DNA of 64,000 nucleotides from Escherichia coli (GTDB lineage Bacteria; Pseudomonadota; Gammaproteobacteria; Enterobacterales; Enterobacteriaceae): NCBI RefSeq assembly GCF_046105845.1, contig NZ_CP151004.1; one strand, 5' to 3'. Shown piece by piece: positions 1 to 8,903 of this stretch (position 1 is its first letter; each line of letters starts with the position of its first letter). The notes under the pieces were generated by a model. It saw only the letters and a program-made list of their open reading frames with translations, ran no database searches and was not told where the DNA came from. The position numbers and the translations under genes were made by a program.

Positions 1-398
1 TTTATTCCAGCAGATTTAATAGTTTCAACAAAAAAAGAAGAGTTCGTCACTAAATCAATCAAATTCCCTTTGAATGATTTAGTGAATGTGTAAATTAAAG
101 AGTATGTTTTTTGTATCTCAATAGCATCTCTAAAGAGGGGGTGGTGTACAATGCCACTATCGTAAATGACCCCTTCATTTCCGATAGTATCTTTATTTAC
201 ATTAAATATATTAGATAAATATTCCTTTATTGCATGAAGCTCATCATCCGAGCAAATAAATATTGAGTGCGCAGCGTATATCCCTCGATCTTTCAGTGAA
301 ATAAATATTGGATAAGACCCATCAACTAAATTGAGTGGGAATTTATCTTTTGAAAAAAAATCTTTAACTTCAGGTTTTTTTATGAGCAAATTCTTCAT
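1..398 (-). CDS. hypothetical protein, candidate T6SS immunity protein (N-terminal 132 codons; ORF continues past window start)
   Basis: Manual translation of the minus strand from ATG at 396-398 is open to position 1 (MKNLLIKKPEVKDFFSKDKFPLNLVDGSYPIFISLKDRGIYAAHSIF...). It starts 14 bp after the stop of the upstream candidate effector. Very AT-rich. Not in the supplied ORF track because no stop lies inside the window. Function inferred from position only. Confidence 0.4.
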   Translation of the reverse strand, partial: MKNLLIKKPEVKDFFSKDKFPLNLVDGSYPIFISLKDRGIYAAHSIFICSDDELHAIKEYLSNIFNVNKDTIGNEGVIYDSGIVHHPLFRDAIEIQKTYSLIYTFTKSFKGNLIDLVTNSSFFVETIKSAGI

Positions 399-411
399 GT
401 GCTCTATCCAA

Positions 412-1302
412 TTAGTTTTCATCTATATAATCCGCTACCCAATCTGCACCAAAATAACCAGCTGCACCAAAAACAATTCCGCCAATAATCCCGGTAGCCA
501 CTGCTCCTGGCCCAGTAGTAACACCCAGGGACGCGCCTATCACTGTTCCAATTTTAGCACCAGCTACTGCTCCTCCCCATCCTCCAATTTGCCTTATTGC
601 TTCTGCACCTATAGGTTTTATGCTTTTTGTTTCAAACGATTTTTCAGTTGCCTGTTCTAAATCATATGCAGTGAAAAAAATACTAAAAACTTGTACGACA
701 CGCCCGGCCTTAACAATGTTTTGAGTCGTTTTTAGAGACTCTGGTGTAAAAATTGTTTGTGCTGGTACTTTTCTACCTTCGATCAAGACCTCTTTATCAA
801 TATCATCAACATAGCCTGAAATTTTTTCAACACGCTTAGCCAAATGAGGGTATTGTTTCTTATACTCCTCAAGAGCAGTAATAATCTCTGCGGTCGAGAT
901 TAACTTCAATCCGGCATTTTTTGCTTTGTGAACATCAATAAATATGGTTTTCCCCTCAAATCTCGGAGAGCCATCAGGAAATATAGAGCTTGTAGAAATC
1001 AACGAGGATTTGTTGTTCCCCATAACATGTTCTGCTACAGTAGTGGGTGCTGAATAATCTTTTGGCATCAACCCATAGCGTTCAGGCTCTGTTTCTGATA
1101 ATAATCTAAGAGGATCCAGATTCATCTTTGTCAGGTAGGGACTATTTGGTGAAGCATATATTTTTCTGACAAGAAAGCCATCTTTTCCCGGTTCATCGAT
1201 AACTATAAAAAAGAAACCTCTTGCAGGCATTAAGGGTCCTAATATATCGTGATTTGAATCAGGTATATCATTTGTTCCTACTGTATTCTCAGATATCACC
1301 AT
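412..1302 (-). CDS. candidate VgrG-associated T6SS effector with C-terminal glycine-zipper-like hydrophobic tail (function unknown)
   Basis: 296-aa ORF whose start overlaps the vgrG stop by 7 bp (translational coupling). AT-rich. C-terminal about 55 aa is glycine-rich and hydrophobic with repeated GxxxG spacing (GGWGGAVAGAKIGTVIGASLGVTTGPGAVATGIIGGIVFGAAGYFG). I do not recognise the N-terminal 240 aa. Confidence 0.5.
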   Translation of the reverse strand: MVISENTVGTNDIPDSNHDILGPLMPARGFFFIVIDEPGKDGFLVRKIYASPNSPYLTKMNLDPLRLLSETEPERYGLMPKDYSAPTTVAEHVMGNNKSSLISTSSIFPDGSPRFEGKTIFIDVHKAKNAGLKLISTAEIITALEEYKKQYPHLAKRVEKISGYVDDIDKEVLIEGRKVPAQTIFTPESLKTTQNIVKAGRVVQVFSIFFTAYDLEQATEKSFETKSIKPIGAEAIRQIGGWGGAVAGAKIGTVIGASLGVTTGPGAVATGIIGGIVFGAAGYFGADWVADYIDEN

Positions 1303-3785
1303 TTTTCCAGCGCCTTAATACCAAGAAGTACGTTTAGGTTATCAGCTTCTTCCGTGAAAATTCTTTCACAGCACCCGGCAGAATCAGTAAACCCCTTATA
1401 GATATTCCCTATGCTGTCTTCTATATAGTAAGGTACATTAGCAATGAATTTTCCGTCATCATCAATTACTCTAACTTGCTCATCAAATTTCGCAGATATT
1501 ACAGGAAACGCCATCAGCTCCGGCGTCAGCTTCGCCTTTGGTTTACGCCCGTAATATCCGGCCTTAACGTTATATTCTCCCTGCGTTCCTGCTTCTATCC
1601 CGCAGGCATCCAGCCGGATGTAGCTGCCACCGCCGTTAAGGGTGATTTTCTTCTTCGCGGTGATCTTGATCTCATCTTCCGTACTGGTGATCTCTATCGA
1701 TTTCTGCGCCAACAGTTCCATCAGATCGTTCTGTGCCTGTACCGAGATCGCCCCCTTGTTGGCAAACAGCTTGATGCCCGCCTTGCGTACAAACACGCTC
1801 AGCGCCTGGCCCACGCCGATAAACATATTTTTCACCACGCCGACATCGGCGTTGTTGCCTGCGTTGGCTATCACATTCTTTGCCGCCGCCAGTTGCAGGT
1901 GCTCTCCGCTGGCAATCGCCACGCCTTTGGGTGCGCTTAGCAGGATCGCCGCCTGCGTCAGATCTTTTACACTCTGCTGCAACAGCGCTATCTGTGATGA
2001 CAGATCTGCCGGATCGGCATTCGCCGTCTGCGCATCAGTGGACAGCGACTTCATCTGTGACTGTGCGCCATCCAGTATTGCCATTGCCGGAGCCATTTCG
2101 CGCACCTGACCCTGAGCCTTGTCCTGCGCATCGGCGCTGATAAAGATGCCTTTCTTCGCCCGCACTGCGCCCCACATATCGGTACGCAGTTCAAAGCCTT
2201 CGCCGCGCTGCTGTTTCCCGGCATCCACCAGATGACCAAGGTTTAGCTGACTCTTGCCGCCGTACTCGGTACTGACCTTGATATGTTCTTTGCCGCGCTC
2301 GTCATCCAGCCGGATTTTGTTGTTCGCCGGGGTGCGCAGCACGTTGCGCTTGTAGTTCTGGATAGTCACATGGTCAGTGTGTGCCGAGTCGTGTTTTACG
2401 CCTGCAATATAAGGTCGGTCCGGGTTGCCTTCCTCAAACGCGATACTGACCTCCGTTCCCGCCAGCAGCGGCAGGTGCAGGCCGTAGGTGTCTCCCGCAT
2501 ACGGGCGCGACTGGCGTACCCACAGGCTTTCATAACCCGGTTTCCACGTATCGCGGTCAAAGTCCAGGTTGACCCGGTAGCGCCCGTCCTTGTCGATATG
2601 GGCATAGATATCGTTCTTCACCGTGCTGGTGACCCGCGCCGGAAGCGTGCCGGCCATTACCGGGCGGGGGATAAACGCCGGGCGGTAGCCGTAGCGTTCT
2701 GAGTACGGGATAGCGGTAAACGTCAGTTCATAGCTGCGGTCACGCGCCGCGCTGGCCGTCACGCCGGTAATCAGCACGCCCTTGCGAAACACCGCTGGCG
2801 CGTCGTCGCCCTGAACCTTTATCTCCAGCCCCTGTGTCAGCAGTGAACTGGTGCTCTGGCCTTTGAGAATGGCCTGTTCATTCAGGTAGCGTTCGTGGCG
2901 GATACGGGCATAAAACGCGCCGCTTTCCGCTGCCTCCTTGTCGCCTTTTTGCAGGAAGTTGTCAGCGTAGTGGTAGGCTTCGCCATAGGTGGTGTTATCG
3001 CCCCCGGTGGCGTCATGCTGCTCTGTCATCATCTCTGCTGTGGCGGTGCGGTAGTTGTAGTCCCGCGTGGTGACGCTTTTCTCCACCACGCTGTACGCAG
3101 TGTTCAGCCCCCATACCGCTTCCGTGGTGCCGTCGTGTAGCCCTGAAGGATGGCGAAGCGGCAGCGTCAGTCCGCGCTCATAGCCGCTCTGGTCGTCGTA
3201 AAACTCGACAACCTCAATTTTCAGCCGGGCGTCGGTGGCAAAGCGGAACCAGATACCCACTTCCGACAGCAGGCGTGAAATAAACGTCAGGTCGTCCTCA
3301 CCGTACTGCATCACCTGTTCACGGGACGGGTATTCGCTTTTGAGGTTAAACACGAAGTCCTGACCGCGCATCTGGTGCCGCTCGCGCAGGATTTTTTCGA
3401 CGATTTGCGGCACCGTCAGATTCTGGTAGATGGCGTTCTGGCGGCTGCGGGCCAGCAGTGCCATACGGGGTTCAAGACGCACTTCGTAACGGGCTTCATC
3501 CTGTGACGAGGAGAGATGCTTAAAGCCGGTAATGACCCCGTACAGGGTGCGCAGGGGGGCCTGCACCGGCATTCCCTGTACCGGCGGTGCCGTCAGGCTG
3601 AATGCGCCGTCCTGCATCAGCACCGACTCCGGCTCGATGGCTTTATCGCTGCTGGTAAACTGGATATCGTAGCGGAACGGGGTACTCAGTTGTTCGCGGC
3701 CTTCGAAGGTCAGCACATCCACCGGACTTTGCAGGCCGCGAATTTTGAGCTTGTGGTGTGAATGGTCGAAATTCTGAATACCCAT
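1296..3785 (-). CDS. vgrG: T6SS spike protein VgrG (TssI), 829 aa, with C-terminal extension
   Basis: N-terminal region (DVLTFEGREQLSTPFRYDIQF) and overall length are typical of VgrG. Strong SD (GGAGG) upstream. The last ~70 codons are AT-rich, unlike the rest of the gene. Confidence 0.9.
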   Translation of the reverse strand: MGIQNFDHSHHKLKIRGLQSPVDVLTFEGREQLSTPFRYDIQFTSSDKAIEPESVLMQDGAFSLTAPPVQGMPVQAPLRTLYGVITGFKHLSSSQDEARYEVRLEPRMALLARSRQNAIYQNLTVPQIVEKILRERHQMRGQDFVFNLKSEYPSREQVMQYGEDDLTFISRLLSEVGIWFRFATDARLKIEVVEFYDDQSGYERGLTLPLRHPSGLHDGTTEAVWGLNTAYSVVEKSVTTRDYNYRTATAEMMTEQHDATGGDNTTYGEAYHYADNFLQKGDKEAAESGAFYARIRHERYLNEQAILKGQSTSSLLTQGLEIKVQGDDAPAVFRKGVLITGVTASAARDRSYELTFTAIPYSERYGYRPAFIPRPVMAGTLPARVTSTVKNDIYAHIDKDGRYRVNLDFDRDTWKPGYESLWVRQSRPYAGDTYGLHLPLLAGTEVSIAFEEGNPDRPYIAGVKHDSAHTDHVTIQNYKRNVLRTPANNKIRLDDERGKEHIKVSTEYGGKSQLNLGHLVDAGKQQRGEGFELRTDMWGAVRAKKGIFISADAQDKAQGQVREMAPAMAILDGAQSQMKSLSTDAQTANADPADLSSQIALLQQSVKDLTQAAILLSAPKGVAIASGEHLQLAAAKNVIANAGNNADVGVVKNMFIGVGQALSVFVRKAGIKLFANKGAISVQAQNDLMELLAQKSIEITSTEDEIKITAKKKITLNGGGSYIRLDACGIEAGTQGEYNVKAGYYGRKPKAKLTPELMAFPVISAKFDEQVRVIDDDGKFIANVPYYIEDSIGNIYKGFTDSAGCCERIFTEEADNLNVLLGIKALEKW

Positions 3786-3796
3786 GACAGCCTCCG

Positions 3797-6442
3797 TTAT
3801 TGCATCTCTTCCGTAGCGAACTCCAGTACAATCCCGTCTTCCTCATCCCAGCCAAGCCGTAGTTGGGCTGGCTTACGGTGCGCGGCCTGCTGTGCCAGCA
3901 ACTGCTGGCTTAAGACTGGCAGGATTTGCTGGTTCAGCAGGCTGTCGATATTACGCGCACCGGTGTCCGGCAGCAGGCAGGCGGCGGTCAGCGCGTCATA
4001 CAGGCTGTCGTTGATTTCCGTTTCCAGCCCATAGTGCTGACGAAGACGACGAACCACCTGCGCCAGTTTCATTTCCACAATGGCGCGCATCGCTTCCTGT
4101 CCCAGAGGGCGGTAAATCACCGTCTGAAAACGCGCCATCAGTGCAGGCTGGAAGTGCTCGCGCAGCAGGGGATACAGCAGTTCATGCAGGTCTGCGTCTG
4201 TGGCGTCCGGTTTTTCCTCCAGCAACTGCATAATGTGGTCGCTGCCCAGATTAGCCGTCATCAGAATCACGGTGTTGCGGAAGTCAATTTCCCGCCCTTC
4301 GCCGTCGCGCATAAAGCCCCGGTCGAACACCTGATAGAACAGGTTCATTACGTCGCGGTGCGCCTTTTCCACTTCGTCGAGCAGCACCACGCTGTAAGGG
4401 CGTTTGCGAACGGCTTCGGTGAGTACGCCGCCCTGACCGTAGCCAACGTAGCCCGGAGGAGACCCCTTAAGCTGGGAGACGGTATGCGGCTCCTGATATT
4501 CGGAGAGGTTGATGGTGATAAGGGATTTTTCACCGCCAAACAGGGTGTCGGCCAGTGTGAGCGCAGTTTCGGTTTTACCGGTACCGCTGGGGCCGGTCAG
4601 CAGGAATACACCCTGCGGGCCGTTCTCCGGCGTAAGGCCGGTTTTAGCCGCCCGCAGCCGCTGTGCGATGGCGCAGAGCGCCGGGCTTTGCCCGACAACG
4701 CGGTTTTCAAGGCTTTGTTCCATACTGAGCAGGTCGCTCTGCTCGTCCTTGAGCAGGGAAGAGAGCGGGATGCCGGTCCAGTCCGCCACCACCGTGGCGA
4801 CGGCGCGGGCGTCCACATCCAGTGCCAGCAGCGGTGCAAAGCCCTGATGCGTCCGCAGTTGCTGTTGCAGTTCAGTGCTGTCTGTCCCTTCCTGACGCAA
4901 CGTCATAATCTGCTGCGCCAGTGCCTTTTCCTGCTGATACTGCGCTTCCAGATGCCCGGCTTCTGCCTGTAGCTCATCACGCAAATCGGTCAGTTCCGCC
5001 AGCCGCTCCGGGCTGGCTTCGGGATAAAACACGCTGTCCTGCTCAATCGCTTCCCGCTCAATATCCAGTGCCGCCAGTCGCGCATGAAGCTGCGTCAACG
5101 GTTCCGGCAGTGTGTCAAGGCTCATGCGGACTCTTGCCCCGGCGGTATCCAGCAAATCAACCGCTTTGTCCGGCAACTGGCGTCCGGTCAGATAGCGGCG
5201 CGACAGGCGCACGGCGGTCTGAATGGCGCTGTCCAGCATATGCACGCCGTGGTGCTGTGCATAGCGGGCCTTCAGTCCCCGCAGCATCAGACAGGCGGTG
5301 TCATCATCCGGCTCGTCCACTTTCACCATCTGAAAGCGGCGCTCCAGCGCGGCGTCGCGCTCAAAATACTGTTTGTATTCGCTCCACGTGGTTGCCGCGA
5401 TGGTGCGCAGTTCGCCCCTTGCCAGCGCCGGTTTCAGCAGGTTCGCCGCATCCGCGCCGCCCGCCTGATTACCCGCGCCGATAATGGTATGGGCTTCATC
5501 AATAAATAGCAGTACCGGCTCCGGTGATTTCTGTACCGCATCAATCACGTTTTTCAGTCGCTGCTCAAATTCGCCTTTAACGCCCGCGCCAGCCTGTAGC
5601 AGACCGAGGTCCAGCGTGCGGATATGCACCGTTTTCAGGCTGTCCGGTACGTTGCCTTCAGCGATACGCAGCGCCAGCCCTTCCACCAGTGCGGTTTTGC
5701 CCACCCCCGGTTCTCCCACCAGAATCGGGTTGTTTTTACGGCGGCGGGAGAGGATATCGACCATCTGGCGAATCTCCGTGTCGCGCCCGAATACCGGATC
5801 GATTCGCCCGCTGCGGGCTTTTTCCGTCACGTCTTCGGTAAAGCGGTTAAGCACCGCCAGCAGGGCGTCATCCTGTTTCCCCGTCAGCGTTTTTGCCGGT
5901 GCGTCCGTCGTTGCCGCCTCTGGTTGCGCGGATGTCAGCGGTTCGGTGACCTGAGGCTGACGTGCCGGACACTCATCCGACTGTGCATCCAGCAGGGGGC
6001 GCAGCCGCTCAAGCTGCACGCGGCTCAGGCTCAGCAATACCCACAGGTCATTACAGGCGGGCAGCATCGGTTTTTCTGTCAGTGCCATCAGCAGATGCTG
6101 ACTGCGGATTTGCGGGGCGTCACCTTCCAGCGAGGCAATCAGCCACGCCTGTCTGATAAGCGCCGTCAGGGGTTCAGAAAGCTGCGGACGTTCGCGGACC
6201 GAGCGGGGTAAGGTGTCCAGATGTGCCAGCAGAGACTGCCAGAGCGTGTCGATATCCCATTCATAGCGGCGGGCAATCACCGTAATATCGCCTTCTCCCT
6301 GCTCCAGCAGTTTCAGCAGCCAGTGTTCAATGGTTATCTCCGCATGAGCGCGGGTCTGACACAGTGAGGCGGCAGCGTCCAGCGCCCGTGCACAATACGG
6401 GTTAAGGCGACGCAGCAGCGCGGCGGGGTGATTTCCGGTCAT
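3797..6442 (-). CDS. clpV: T6SS AAA+ ATPase ClpV (TssH)
   Basis: 881-aa ORF with two Walker A motifs (GEPGVGKT, GPSGTGKT) and ClpB-like architecture, located between hcp and vgrG. Confidence 0.92.
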   Translation of the reverse strand: MTGNHPAALLRRLNPYCARALDAAASLCQTRAHAEITIEHWLLKLLEQGEGDITVIARRYEWDIDTLWQSLLAHLDTLPRSVRERPQLSEPLTALIRQAWLIASLEGDAPQIRSQHLLMALTEKPMLPACNDLWVLLSLSRVQLERLRPLLDAQSDECPARQPQVTEPLTSAQPEAATTDAPAKTLTGKQDDALLAVLNRFTEDVTEKARSGRIDPVFGRDTEIRQMVDILSRRRKNNPILVGEPGVGKTALVEGLALRIAEGNVPDSLKTVHIRTLDLGLLQAGAGVKGEFEQRLKNVIDAVQKSPEPVLLFIDEAHTIIGAGNQAGGADAANLLKPALARGELRTIAATTWSEYKQYFERDAALERRFQMVKVDEPDDDTACLMLRGLKARYAQHHGVHMLDSAIQTAVRLSRRYLTGRQLPDKAVDLLDTAGARVRMSLDTLPEPLTQLHARLAALDIEREAIEQDSVFYPEASPERLAELTDLRDELQAEAGHLEAQYQQEKALAQQIMTLRQEGTDSTELQQQLRTHQGFAPLLALDVDARAVATVVADWTGIPLSSLLKDEQSDLLSMEQSLENRVVGQSPALCAIAQRLRAAKTGLTPENGPQGVFLLTGPSGTGKTETALTLADTLFGGEKSLITINLSEYQEPHTVSQLKGSPPGYVGYGQGGVLTEAVRKRPYSVVLLDEVEKAHRDVMNLFYQVFDRGFMRDGEGREIDFRNTVILMTANLGSDHIMQLLEEKPDATDADLHELLYPLLREHFQPALMARFQTVIYRPLGQEAMRAIVEMKLAQVVRRLRQHYGLETEINDSLYDALTAACLLPDTGARNIDSLLNQQILPVLSQQLLAQQAAHRKPAQLRLGWDEEDGIVLEFATEEMQ

Positions 6443-6603
6443 AGAAGGTTTCCTTATCGTGTTCTGTATTCCTGCGATCTGCGTTCAGGCACGCTACCGC
6501 CCATAGCCGTTACCTCACTCAGGCCCATCAGGTATCACCAGATTGTGGGTATGCTTTGCTCAGTACCGGTGCCTGCGGCACTGGGCAAACCACACAACAG
6601 AAA

Positions 6604-6626
6604 GGCAGACAGTTTCCTGTCTGCCG
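6604..6626 (-). terminator. stem-loop immediately downstream of hcp (putative partial terminator or attenuator inside the T6SS operon)
   Basis: GGCAGACAG-nnnnn-CTGTCTGCC hairpin with 9-bp stem, 7 bp after the hcp stop, followed on the minus strand by a T-rich stretch (TTTCTGTT). Confidence 0.35.
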
Positions 6627-6632
6627 CAGTTA

Positions 6633-7124
6633 TCAGGCGGAAGGACGTTCATTCCACGAGTCGGAATGAATGATGTTGCCGTCTTTGTAAGTCCAGGTGA
6701 TTTTTTCGTAGCGGAACTCAATGCGTTCCAGGTGGTTATGCTTCTCTTTGGAAGGCTCCTTGATGTCGTGCATCAGTGGAGCGACTCTGACCAGCTTGAC
6801 GTTATCCAGCGTGATGTTGAAGTACTCCACTTCCTGACCGGCATCGTTGATGCGGTAAAACTTAAATTCTGCCGTTTTCAGGGTCTGACCGGTGGTCACA
6901 GCTTTGTAGAGATACGGGCTGGACGCATCGATTTCTTTGGTAAACGTAAAGGGCTTGTGAGTACGGGTACCGGTCAGTTTGCCGGTGTTGTTGTCGGTCG
7001 GGATGTACACATCGTGATCCAACGCCACCACTTCGATGCTGCCTTCGCGCCCCTGAACGTCCACGGAACCTTTGATATCCGCGCCGCCGTCATCTTTCAG
7101 CCAGAGATAAGCAGGAATAGCCAT
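6633..7124 (-). CDS. hcp: T6SS tube protein Hcp (TssD)
   Basis: 163-aa ORF with a recognisable Hcp sequence (MAIPAYLWLKDDGGADIKGSVDV...). AAGGAG SD upstream. Confidence 0.93.
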   Translation of the reverse strand: MAIPAYLWLKDDGGADIKGSVDVQGREGSIEVVALDHDVYIPTDNNTGKLTGTRTHKPFTFTKEIDASSPYLYKAVTTGQTLKTAEFKFYRINDAGQEVEYFNITLDNVKLVRVAPLMHDIKEPSKEKHNHLERIEFRYEKITWTYKDGNIIHSDSWNERPSA

Positions 7125-7181
7125 GAGAATTACTCTCCTTGTTAGTGTGATTGAAGCACCGCCTTCTTCCGGCGGTATGTT

Positions 7182-8891
7182 TTATTTCACGTCCTGACAG
7201 GCGTCAGAACGCGGAACAAGACTGATTTCGACGCGCCGGTTGACTGCCCGGCCCTGTGGCGTATCGTTGGTCGCCGCAGGCTGGCTCTCACCCAGTCCCT
7301 GTACGGCAAAACAGGTGGCCGGGATGTCGCTGGTCTGCAGCATCCAGTTACGCACCGCTTCGGCACGTCGCAGCGATAACTGCTGATTGCTTTTTTCGTC
7401 GCCGGTGGCGTCGGTATATCCGGCCACGAGGATAAGCCAGCCCGGTTTTGCCCGGATGTTCACCAGTGCGTCCACCAGCACTTTTGTCGAGCCGTCTTTC
7501 AGGCGGGCCTGTCCGACGTCAAACAGCGACATACTGTCAAGACGCACGGTCTGTGCCTGAAGCGAGGCTGTCACTTCCATTTTTTGCTCAGGCGGACGCC
7601 AGTCACGAATGGCGCGTAATACCGGCTGGCGGATTTGTTCACCGGGGTATAACCCCAGACCGAGACGCAGTGGCTCTCCTTCCCGGTAATACCCATCGAG
7701 CATGACCGCATCGTCTTTCAGCACCGACAGACGACGGGCTTTGGTGATAAATTCCTCCGCCGGAACGGCATAAAACTGGTGCAGATCATCACCGATATGC
7801 CGTAATAACTGGCGATTCGCCGTGGCTGACAGACACAGCGCGGCGATACCCGCCGCGGTGGTGATGCCCAGCATGGTCACGCAGGCCCGCCGCAGCGGGG
7901 TAAAGCCCGACTGACGCGGCAACCGCCGTAACAGGGCATCCGGAAACGGTAGCGTGGCGTCTGTGCCGGTGTCCGCGATATCCGTCGTCAGGCCGGTTCT
8001 GGCGGTGATCCACACTTGCCACAGGTTGTTATCCACTGCAGGCAACGAGGGGACCAGCCCCACGGCCATCGCCAGTGGCGGACATTTCGTTTCCGGGCCG
8101 TTCAGTGCCGCCAGCACATTAAGATTCAGCCACTGCATCAGGCTTTCGGCTTTCAGCAGGTAACAGAGTGGCTGGCTGCGCTCCTGTGTGCTGGTCTGCG
8201 TGAGCCACTGCGCAGGGGAGGTAGTCTCAGCAGACGTCGCTACCTGAATTTCGCCGCCGGTACAGATAAGCCACGGCGAATGCGCCTTCTCCGGCAAGGG
8301 CGAGCCAGACAGCCCGCTCCAGAGAAGCCACGGCGAATGCGCCTTCTCCGGCAAGGGCGAGCCAGACAGCCCGCTCCAGAGAAGCCAGGGGACGTTTACG
8401 CCCGCCCGGCGACGCACTGTCGCCATACTGTGGGCGAACCGTCGCAGTTGCCCGGCCAGAACCGCCACATCCCGGTGTATGCCGGGCATGACGGTATACG
8501 CCACGGCAAGCTGCGATGCCCACGCCGGGCGAAGGGTCAGTAATCGCTCCGCCTGCGCCACAAGCTGTTCTTCATCAGAAACATGCAGATACAGCCCTTC
8601 TGAAACCTGCCGGACCGGGCTGTCAGTGAACAGGCGCGCCGACATATCGCCACAGACCAGCACTACCGGTTGTCGGTACGTTTCCGGCGGCAGCGATGAC
8701 AACCCGGCATCGCCGGTCATCTCCGTCCACGCCTGCCTGCGCCGGTAAATCAGCAACGCGGCAACCGCCAGAACGATAGCCGCCGCCCCGGCCCATCTCA
8801 GTACGCCAGACGGACTGATAAACACCGACCACAGCACCAGCAGTAACACCATTCCCCACAGCACGATGGCCTGTTTCAGCGTGTTCCTCAC
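7182..8891 (-). CDS. tagL: TagL-like T6SS accessory membrane protein with C-terminal OmpA-family peptidoglycan-binding domain
   Basis: 569-aa ORF with N-terminal hydrophobic segments and a C-terminal OmpA-like motif (AGYTDATGDEKSNQQLSLRRAEAVRNWM...NRRVEI). Sits directly after tssL, as in T6SS-1-type clusters. Contains an in-frame tandem duplication. Confidence 0.7.
   Translation of the reverse strand: MRNTLKQAIVLWGMVLLLVLWSVFISPSGVLRWAGAAAIVLAVAALLIYRRRQAWTEMTGDAGLSSLPPETYRQPVVLVCGDMSARLFTDSPVRQVSEGLYLHVSDEEQLVAQAERLLTLRPAWASQLAVAYTVMPGIHRDVAVLAGQLRRFAHSMATVRRRAGVNVPWLLWSGLSGSPLPEKAHSPWLLWSGLSGSPLPEKAHSPWLICTGGEIQVATSAETTSPAQWLTQTSTQERSQPLCYLLKAESLMQWLNLNVLAALNGPETKCPPLAMAVGLVPSLPAVDNNLWQVWITARTGLTTDIADTGTDATLPFPDALLRRLPRQSGFTPLRRACVTMLGITTAAGIAALCLSATANRQLLRHIGDDLHQFYAVPAEEFITKARRLSVLKDDAVMLDGYYREGEPLRLGLGLYPGEQIRQPVLRAIRDWRPPEQKMEVTASLQAQTVRLDSMSLFDVGQARLKDGSTKVLVDALVNIRAKPGWLILVAGYTDATGDEKSNQQLSLRRAEAVRNWMLQTSDIPATCFAVQGLGESQPAATNDTPQGRAVNRRVEISLVPRSDACQDVK
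8268..8381. repeat. perfect 57-bp tandem direct duplication (2 copies) inside the tagL-like CDS
   Basis: Copies at 8268-8324 and 8325-8381 are identical base for base. In frame, giving a duplicated 19-aa unit PWLLWSGLSGSPLPEKAHS in the protein. Confidence 0.9.
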
Positions 8892-8903
8892 TCACGACTC
8901 CCT

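Noticed and set aside
412-480. GxSxG (GASLG) in the candidate effector as a lipase or esterase nucleophile motif
   Set aside because: The motif sits inside the glycine-zipper hydrophobic tail where GxxxG-type patterns occur by composition. There is no surrounding alpha/beta-hydrolase context.
331-660. 109-aa plus-strand ORF at the left edge
   Set aside because: It lies antisense across the junction of the candidate effector and immunity genes, has low-complexity translation and no RBS. The minus-strand genes explain this DNA.
3926-6211. Several long plus-strand ORFs (348, 187, 195 aa) inside clpV
   Set aside because: Antisense frames of a GC-rich gene with Ala/Arg/Pro-rich low-complexity translations. 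ClpV on the minus strand is clearly the real gene. The same applies to antisense ORFs inside vgrG, dnaE, bamA and lpxD.
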